Source: Turneriella sp. (GTDB lineage: Bacteria; Spirochaetota; Leptospiria; Turneriellales; Turneriellaceae). From it: 64,000 bases of DNA. The stretch lies in contig CBDIID010000003.1 of NCBI GenBank assembly GCA_965279515.1, positions 2,656,001-2,720,000 on the forward strand, given 5' to 3'. A program made the translations under genes and the position numbers. Each line of letters opens with the position of its first letter. The first letter of the stretch is position 1. The notes below the pieces were generated by a model. It did not search any database and was not told where the DNA came from. It was given only the letters and a program-made list of their open reading frames with translations. This document shows, in pieces, positions 57,898 to 64,000 of the stretch.

Positions 57898-58314
57898 TCA
57901 ATTTTCCGGCGATTTTGCGGCGAGCTTGCGCGACACCAGAATTACCATAGTTTCTACGGTAATAATTTTGAAGAGGCCTCGCGGTGTAATTTTATCCGGC
58001 TCGGGATTATCCCGTAGCTTCGGGATAAAATCGCGCAGCTTTTCCAAGTCTTCTCTTAAGAGAAAACCTTCGCTCGTAAGGGCTTCGGGTTTAAACTCAG
58101 TTTTCAGAACTTTATTCAAGTCAGAGTCACGAATCTGGATTTTAAATTTCTTTTCCAAACTGAATATAATGTCCAGGAAGTCTAGGGAATCCGCGCCTAA
58201 GTCTTCGATAAGACACGAATCAATAGTAATTTCGTCTTTGCTCAAAACCAGCCGTTCTGCAAGGACTTGGATGACTTTGTTTACGACTTGTTCTTCGTAA
58301 TTATGGCTATGCAT
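57898..58314 (-). CDS. extended acyl carrier protein
   Basis: DLGADSLDFLDIIFSLEKKF phosphopantetheine site; about 50-aa insert before the last helix. Confidence 0.88.
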   Translation of the reverse strand: MHSHNYEEQVVNKVIQVLAERLVLSKDEITIDSCLIEDLGADSLDFLDIIFSLEKKFKIQIRDSDLNKVLKTEFKPEALTSEGFLLREDLEKLRDFIPKLRDNPEPDKITPRGLFKIITVETMVILVSRKLAAKSPEN

Positions 58315-58370
58315 AGTTTATGAGCCTTGAAAAATGAAGTGTGCGTCAATTGCTTTTCGGTGAAATTTTA

Positions 58371-60050
58371 TCAACCGTGTAAGTTTCTTGAACCGAGAAC
58401 TGAATTCGGCAATGCCGAACCGTCGGGTTCGAGAGGATATAAAGAAGGTAACTGCCGTAACGCCCAGCGGTCATACAATGCCCGTGGGACAATGGCCGAA
58501 ATTCTACTGAGCCATGAGCTATACCACGGAAAGCGGATTATACTTTTGCCTGCCTCAACTCCGCGGATCATCTTTGTGACTGCACCCTGGGTTGTCTGCA
58601 GGAAGGGCATCCTGTCGCAGCAATGTCCTTCGGTAAGACCAGAAGTTACACAACCCGGCTCGATCAGGCTAATGCGAATACCAAATCGACGGGCATCGGC
58701 GCGTAGTCCATCGCAAAGCGCCCGTAAAGCCGCTTTGGACGCCGCATAAGGCCCGTGTCCGGGAAATGCTCTGTCGGCCGCCTGCGCACCGGTTATGGCA
58801 ATTGTTCCTTTGCCGCGCGGCCGCATTAAAGCCAGCATCTCTTCCAGCCAATAAACTACACCCAGGTAATTTACCCGCATAACCGACTCAATTGACTCTG
58901 AAGAAAAATGTCCGACAGTCCACTGGGTCTGTTTCTCCTGTGCGGAATCTCCGGTCAGGCATTCACCGGAATACGCAGAGCCATATCCGCCGGCATTTAG
59001 AAAGGCATTATCAATATGCCCCCATGTTGAGCGAAGCTCGGCTGCCGATCGCGCAACACCCTCTCGGTCGGATGTGTCCCCGACCAGGACTCGTGTCTCT
59101 GTAGCGCCAAGGGATCGGCAAAGCCGCGCGATTGCCTCGAGACGTTCGCCACGACGGGCGAACAACGCTAAACGGGCACCGCGTTCGGCGTATTGCCGCG
59201 CAAGTTCTGCACCAATACCATTGGAGGCACCAGTGATGAGGACGTTCAAAGGTTCCTTGGCACTGTTTCCGTAATTCTTTTGCAGAACAGCTGTCGGTCC
59301 GAAATAGAGAATGGCATCCTTTACGTTTTCGGCGAAACGGGTTATGCGGGGCATTACCGGGTTTGTCGCATAACTGAGCGAAAGCACGATACGCCGTTCG
59401 TTCCCGCCTAAGGGGCTAAGGCCGTGCCACACTTTCGAGCCGCAGAAGAAGATCATCGAGCCGGGTTTGGTGGAGAGTCTAAGGTGTTTAGCCCGCACCG
59501 GATCTTTCCGGTGCAGATCGCAGAGCAGTAACTGGCTTGATTTATTTTCCAATGTGATAAGAACAGTGTAAGAAGCGTCTGCTTCGCAGCCGCAACCGTC
59601 ATAATGATAGCGCATTTTGTCGCCGGGGCGCGTGTAAATGTAGAATGAACACGCGTGGTCGTCTTGTCGCGATTTGAGATGAAGGGGCTTTCCCGCTAAG
59701 CGACTGCAGAAATCAATCATAGCGGGAGATCGGTAAAGTTCAACAGCCGAAGGGCCGCAGCGCTGTAGTGCGCGGTAGCCAATATTGCCGGCAGCGCGAA
59801 ACCATGGAACCAGGCTGCGGTGCTGTTTTGTCTCCAGATCCCCCACTTCGGTCAGTATTCGGGATATCAACTCTTCCGGGAATACACCTTCGGCATGGAT
59901 GAACTCATTTTGCTCCTGATAGTCGTTAGCTATTCGCGTAAAGGGGAGTTTGCCGAGTGCCTGAGTGACGATTTCTTGCGGTGAGTCTGCTACGGTCATA
60001 GATTTCAGCGAATAATCCTGTAATATCTTGTCATGCTCAAAAGAGGTCAT
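58371..60050 (-). CDS. 2OG-Fe(II) oxygenase / SDR oxidoreductase fusion
   Basis: N-half HYD...WHGLSP...RIVLSLSY; C-half TGASNGIG, NAG, YAASK. Confidence 0.8.
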   Translation of the reverse strand: MTSFEHDKILQDYSLKSMTVADSPQEIVTQALGKLPFTRIANDYQEQNEFIHAEGVFPEELISRILTEVGDLETKQHRSLVPWFRAAGNIGYRALQRCGPSAVELYRSPAMIDFCSRLAGKPLHLKSRQDDHACSFYIYTRPGDKMRYHYDGCGCEADASYTVLITLENKSSQLLLCDLHRKDPVRAKHLRLSTKPGSMIFFCGSKVWHGLSPLGGNERRIVLSLSYATNPVMPRITRFAENVKDAILYFGPTAVLQKNYGNSAKEPLNVLITGASNGIGAELARQYAERGARLALFARRGERLEAIARLCRSLGATETRVLVGDTSDREGVARSAAELRSTWGHIDNAFLNAGGYGSAYSGECLTGDSAQEKQTQWTVGHFSSESIESVMRVNYLGVVYWLEEMLALMRPRGKGTIAITGAQAADRAFPGHGPYAASKAALRALCDGLRADARRFGIRISLIEPGCVTSGLTEGHCCDRMPFLQTTQGAVTKMIRGVEAGKSIIRFPWYSSWLSRISAIVPRALYDRWALRQLPSLYPLEPDGSALPNSVLGSRNLHG

Positions 60051-60984
60051 ATCGAAAGGGTTTACACGCCGCGAAATAGCGGCTTTGGTACCTAATCGAA
60101 ACCTGGGAGTTGTTTTTTTGACCCTCGCCCCTGTAATTATTTTTCCATTGTTTTACCTTCTCACCATGGGATGCGGATGGTATGCCCTGCATTCTGGCCT
60201 TAATGAAACAATAGTCATATTCCTGATATCCTGTTTCTGTTTCGCATCTGCATTCCTTTTTGAACATCTGATGCCGCGTTATCATGAATGGAATAAAAGT
60301 AAGCAAGATGTCAAAGTTGACATCTTGCATAATCTGGTTAACTTGCCATTCAGTACAGAATTGACGAGGTTACTTTTCCTGCCCATCGCATTCTCTCTAT
60401 CCCAAAGGATAGCACCGCACGGTCTTTGGCCGACTAACTTGCCGTTTCTGGTGCAAATCATATTCGCTTTCGTTGTCGTAGAGTTCTTTCAGTATTGGCT
60501 TCACAGGGGGCTGCATCGGTCGAATTGGTTGTGGCGACTGCATGCGGTGCACCACTCCGCTGAGCGGTTGTATTTTTTAAATGCCGGGCGTGAACATCCG
60601 CTGAGCGCGCTATTAATGTATCTACCCAATATTCTGCCCCTTGTTGTTCTTGGTGCAAATGCCGAAATCATTGTCATGCAAAGTATGAGTGCCGTAATTT
60701 GCGCCACCTTTCAGCATGCTAATGTCGATATTCGTCTCGGCCATTTGCGCTATATCTTTAGCGTCGGCGATGTCCATCGTTGGCATCATTCCCGTGACAC
60801 TGCCGAAATGAATCACAATTACGGTCTCAATTGGGCTGTGTGGGATTTGATTTTTGGCACCTACTATTTTCCTGGTTCTCCTCCGCCTGTTAAAACCGGT
60901 ATTTCCGATATGCCCGCTTTTCCTCAGACCTACAGAAAGCAGCTTACGGCCATGTTTCATTGGAAGCATTATGTGAAACATTAG
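60028..60984 (+). CDS. sterol desaturase / fatty acid hydroxylase family protein
   Basis: His boxes HRGLH, HAVHH, QHAN, HRWHH and NYG...WDLIFGT; start uncertain. Confidence 0.88.
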   Translation: MSCSKEVISKGFTRREIAALVPNRNLGVVFLTLAPVIIFPLFYLLTMGCGWYALHSGLNETIVIFLISCFCFASAFLFEHLMPRYHEWNKSKQDVKVDILHNLVNLPFSTELTRLLFLPIAFSLSQRIAPHGLWPTNLPFLVQIIFAFVVVEFFQYWLHRGLHRSNWLWRLHAVHHSAERLYFLNAGREHPLSALLMYLPNILPLVVLGANAEIIVMQSMSAVICATFQHANVDIRLGHLRYIFSVGDVHRWHHSRDTAEMNHNYGLNWAVWDLIFGTYYFPGSPPPVKTGISDMPAFPQTYRKQLTAMFHWKHYVKH

Positions 60985-61682
60985 CGGTTGTTGGTTTCCC
61001 AGCGCACAACATGGTTCAGATTTTTTCTTGTTTGACTTGCCGGGTTTTCAGCCGGATAACCGACGCACAGCAATGCGGCGAGATCCCAGGATTCGGGAAT
61101 TTCTAAAATTGCTTTGAGCTGTGTGCGCGCCACCAAAGGTCCTGTCATGCACGAAGCTCCCAGTCCAAGCGAATCGGCGCAGAGTAATAAATTCTGAATC
61201 GCGAGGGAAGCGCTAATCAACCCCGAATACATTTCCATTTTCTCAATCTCAAGAGGAGCGAGCGTGGTTCGGTTATTGTCGATCATATGAGATAAGGTCA
61301 CCAGATTGCTGAAGGCGACGGCGATGACGCAGGGTGCATCGACAAAACGTACAAAATAATTGCCGTAGTTTTCAAAGGAATCTCTGAAATCGGGTGGTAT
61401 TACCTCGCGGATAGATTCGACTGTAGATTCTACAGCATCGTGCAATTCGTTTCTCTTTTCGGTACTTTCAATGACAAAGAAACGCCATGGCTGTTTATTC
61501 GAAGCCGAAGGTGCTTGTATCGCCGCCGACAGCAGCCTCTCAATGAGTTCACGTGGTACTTTGTCCGGCTGAAATTTGCGCACGGTGCGACGCCGGTAAA
61601 TAATGTCCTCTGCAGGCGTTGGGGGTGATAAATGTAAATCTTTGTTGTCAGATGGAGACTCAGCCGACACTGTAACCGCCAT
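60981..61682 (-). CDS. nitroreductase family protein
   Basis: RRTVRKF, APSASNKQPWRF, QNLLL...LGLGASC, VGYP. Confidence 0.9.
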   Translation of the reverse strand: MAVTVSAESPSDNKDLHLSPPTPAEDIIYRRRTVRKFQPDKVPRELIERLLSAAIQAPSASNKQPWRFFVIESTEKRNELHDAVESTVESIREVIPPDFRDSFENYGNYFVRFVDAPCVIAVAFSNLVTLSHMIDNNRTTLAPLEIEKMEMYSGLISASLAIQNLLLCADSLGLGASCMTGPLVARTQLKAILEIPESWDLAALLCVGYPAENPASQTRKNLNHVVRWETNNR

Positions 61683-62409
61683 CTACAGCTATTTGGGCGC
61701 CCGAAATGTAGGCAGCCCTTTCCGATAGCAAGAACGAAACCAGCTCTCCGATATCGCGAGGCTCGCCGATTCTTCGCATCGGGATGCGCTGCCTGATTTC
61801 TTCACCAGCGAGGTGTTTAGTGCCTGCAAGCATATCTGTGTCAATCGGTCCCGGCATGACGCAATTGGCTCTGATACCTTTCTTGCCGTATTCAAAGGCG
61901 ATTGCCTTGGTGAATGCAAGAATAGCTGCTTTCGAGGCCGCATATACGGCCTGGCCGCTATAGACTTTATCTGACACGATAGAACCGATATTAACAATCG
62001 CACCGCACCTGTGTTCGAGCATATGCGGCAAAATAGTATGGCAACAAAAAATGGTGCCTTTCAAGTTTACGTCGATCGTCATGTCGATATCCTCGGTGCT
62101 TTGATTGAGCAACAGACCGGGCAGGTTTATACCAGCATTGTTTACCCACCCGGAAATTCTGATGCCTTTTTCAAACAGTGGAAAAAGAGCGCCGCGAATA
62201 TCCGCAGGTTGAGAGATATCAAAATGTAAAAGAAATCCTCTACCCCCCAGCTTCTCGATTTCAGACAATAAACATTCGGCCTTGGCTTTATTGTCCCGGA
62301 AATGGATGCCCACATTAGCCCCATTGCCGGCAAGAGCGCTTGCGATCCCGCGTCCTATGCCGCGGCTGGCGCCGGTGACAATGATCGTTTTTTCCGAAAG
62401 TTCTTGCAT
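61660..62409 (-). CDS. fabG: 3-oxoacyl-ACP reductase (FabG-like)
   Basis: TGASRGIG, NNAG, YAASK, PGPIDTDM, VDGG; start at ATG 62409. Confidence 0.9.
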   Translation of the reverse strand: MQELSEKTIIVTGASRGIGRGIASALAGNGANVGIHFRDNKAKAECLLSEIEKLGGRGFLLHFDISQPADIRGALFPLFEKGIRISGWVNNAGINLPGLLLNQSTEDIDMTIDVNLKGTIFCCHTILPHMLEHRCGAIVNIGSIVSDKVYSGQAVYAASKAAILAFTKAIAFEYGKKGIRANCVMPGPIDTDMLAGTKHLAGEEIRQRIPMRRIGEPRDIGELVSFLLSERAAYISGAQIAVDGGYSVG

Positions 62410-62420
62410 GCGAAATCGTA

Positions 62421-63680
62421 TTAAATTTTGAATATCAGAACGGAATTCTGTCCGCCGAAGCCAAAGGAATTTTTCATGATATGCCCTCCGCCGAACTTTC
62501 TTTTGCCTGTTGCTATGTAATCCAGATCGCAATCCGGGTCTGGTGTTTTAAGATTGATAGTCGGGTGCAGAAAACCTTCCTTAGCGCAAAGCAGACAAGC
62601 TGCACTCTCGGCCGCACCTGCAGCGGATATCAGATGGCCGATCATTGATTTCGTGGAATTCACGGATAACCGGCCGGCATGGTCTCCAAAAACTTTTTTG
62701 ATAGCTTTCGTTTCAATGGCATCGTTCTTCGGTGTGGAGGTCCCATGGGCATTTACGTGCCTGATATCCGTAGGTTGAAGATTAGCGTCTTTTAGCGCGG
62801 TTTTCATTGCGATTTCAGCTCCAGCAGCTTCCGGGTGTGGCTCCGTAATCCCGTGAGCGTCGAAGGAATTGCCCCAACCGACGATTTCTGCATAGATGGT
62901 CGCGCCGCGCTCTACTGCGTTTTCTCGCTCTTCGAGCACAAGGCAGGCGGCTCCCTCTCCTAAAAGAAAGCCGTCGCGGTTTCTATCGAATGGCCGCGAA
63001 GCTTTTGCCGGTTCTTCATTGTTACGGCTGACAGCCTGTAGTAAACAAAAACCGCCCATACCTAAGGGGTTTATCATCGAGTCGCTACCACCGACAAGCA
63101 TGTAGTCTCGCTTTCCCTGCTGGATCATTTTATACCCGACGCCGATAGCATCTGTAGCAGCTGCGCAAGCGGATATTAAAGTCGTGGGTGGTTTCGTCAG
63201 ACCGATCTGATGCGAAATAATATGCAAACAAATATCCGATGGCGTTTGCAAGAAAGTCAGACGGCGGAACATTTCGGGGCTTTTTATTTTTTCCGGATCT
63301 TTCTTCTCGCGTCTCATGAGCTCGATCATATCAGGAAGTGAAAACAGTTCGAGCCCCATACCAAAGCTAATGGAACTTTTCGCCTCGGAAGGGGGATAGA
63401 ATTCGTTGAGCGGCGCACCTTTTGCTTCCGCATCTGCCTTAGCGCTATGCGCAGCCACAACCGCAAAAATTACCTTGCGGTCTCTGAGATATTTCGGCAA
63501 ATTTACGGCTGGCATATCTTTTACTTCGGCGGCGATTCTTGTCGGTAAATTACCTGGCTCAAAAACGCTTATTGCACCTGCACCGGAAACACCTTCCAGC
63601 AGACGCTGCACGAATTGATGATTCGTATTGCTTAGCGGCGTTATGGCGCCGATCCCGGTAACGACAACCTTTCTGCCCAT
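62421..63680 (-). CDS. fabF: beta-ketoacyl-ACP synthase II (FabF-like KS)
   Basis: SACAA (Cys), NAHGTST (His), KSMIGH (His), SFGFGG. Confidence 0.92.
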   Translation of the reverse strand: MGRKVVVTGIGAITPLSNTNHQFVQRLLEGVSGAGAISVFEPGNLPTRIAAEVKDMPAVNLPKYLRDRKVIFAVVAAHSAKADAEAKGAPLNEFYPPSEAKSSISFGMGLELFSLPDMIELMRREKKDPEKIKSPEMFRRLTFLQTPSDICLHIISHQIGLTKPPTTLISACAAATDAIGVGYKMIQQGKRDYMLVGGSDSMINPLGMGGFCLLQAVSRNNEEPAKASRPFDRNRDGFLLGEGAACLVLEERENAVERGATIYAEIVGWGNSFDAHGITEPHPEAAGAEIAMKTALKDANLQPTDIRHVNAHGTSTPKNDAIETKAIKKVFGDHAGRLSVNSTKSMIGHLISAAGAAESAACLLCAKEGFLHPTINLKTPDPDCDLDYIATGKRKFGGGHIMKNSFGFGGQNSVLIFKI

Positions 63681-64000
63681 TTATGCTTCTATATCTCCCA
63701 TAAGCTGCCAAGTACTGTCTAATTGGAAGCCATCTATGGTCTGTGCGCTGTGCCGATACGGAGATGATGACTTCTTTGCGATCGCTTTCTCTAATCCCAG
63801 TACCAGGGATGCAGGGCCGAAATAATCTACCTGTCGCGGAGTCAGGGGCCGCTCCGGAGCCAGTGTGGTATTGCCCGCTAGGAATTTTTCCTCATGCACA
63901 GGCATTTCGCTGAGAATGTCAAAAGTTTTATAGATCGAGGTAAAATTCTCCAGAACGGCATAGATGCGTGCATTGCGCGCCTTGGCGGCATCAAAACCTT
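63681..64000 (-). CDS. KS-like protein, possible chain-length-factor partner (5' partial)
   Basis: Frame is open to the window edge and reads GFDAAKARNARIYAVLEN (KS motif), followed by a short C-terminus with no NAHGT or KSxxGH. Confidence 0.65.
   Translation of the reverse strand, partial: GFDAAKARNARIYAVLENFTSIYKTFDILSEMPVHEEKFLAGNTTLAPERPLTPRQVDYFGPASLVLGLEKAIAKKSSSPYRHSAQTIDGFQLDSTWQLMGDIEA

Noticed and set aside
58371..60050. BesD-type halogenase
   Set aside because: The motif is HxD, so the carboxylate ligand is retained.

Overview
This 64-kb bacterial window looks like a Leptospiraceae-type spirochete, inferred from gene content: spirochete-style flhB-flhA-flhF-flhG, mqnA, a CarF homologue and a giant secreted protein. 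Housekeeping blocks include a MATE transporter, the XrtK exosortase/MSEP-CTERM pair with an L,D-transpeptidase, rimI, clpP, a degenerate HD-GYP protein, six tRNAs, PBP1A, rplU and flagellar export genes. Two accessory regions stand out. (1) 13.6-32.2 kb: a 4840-aa signal-peptide-bearing helical protein ends in an R-S-E ADP-ribosyltransferase-like domain. It is followed by an overlapping immunity-like gene and an array of unrelated genes separated by three near-identical DUF3467-like copies, two of them paired with DUF3024-like genes. This is a candidate polymorphic toxin system with a cassette archive. (2) 57.9-64 kb: part of a more AT-rich type II FAS/PKS cluster with a 2OG-Fe(II) oxygenase-SDR fusion. 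The tRNA cluster also carries acceptor-stem mimics just upstream of tRNA-Arg and tRNA-His, plus a ~130-nt nested structure. Many genes have a TTGACA-like hexamer 27-31 nt before the start codon, suggesting leaderless transcripts. All family calls come from motif recognition by eye; no searches were run.
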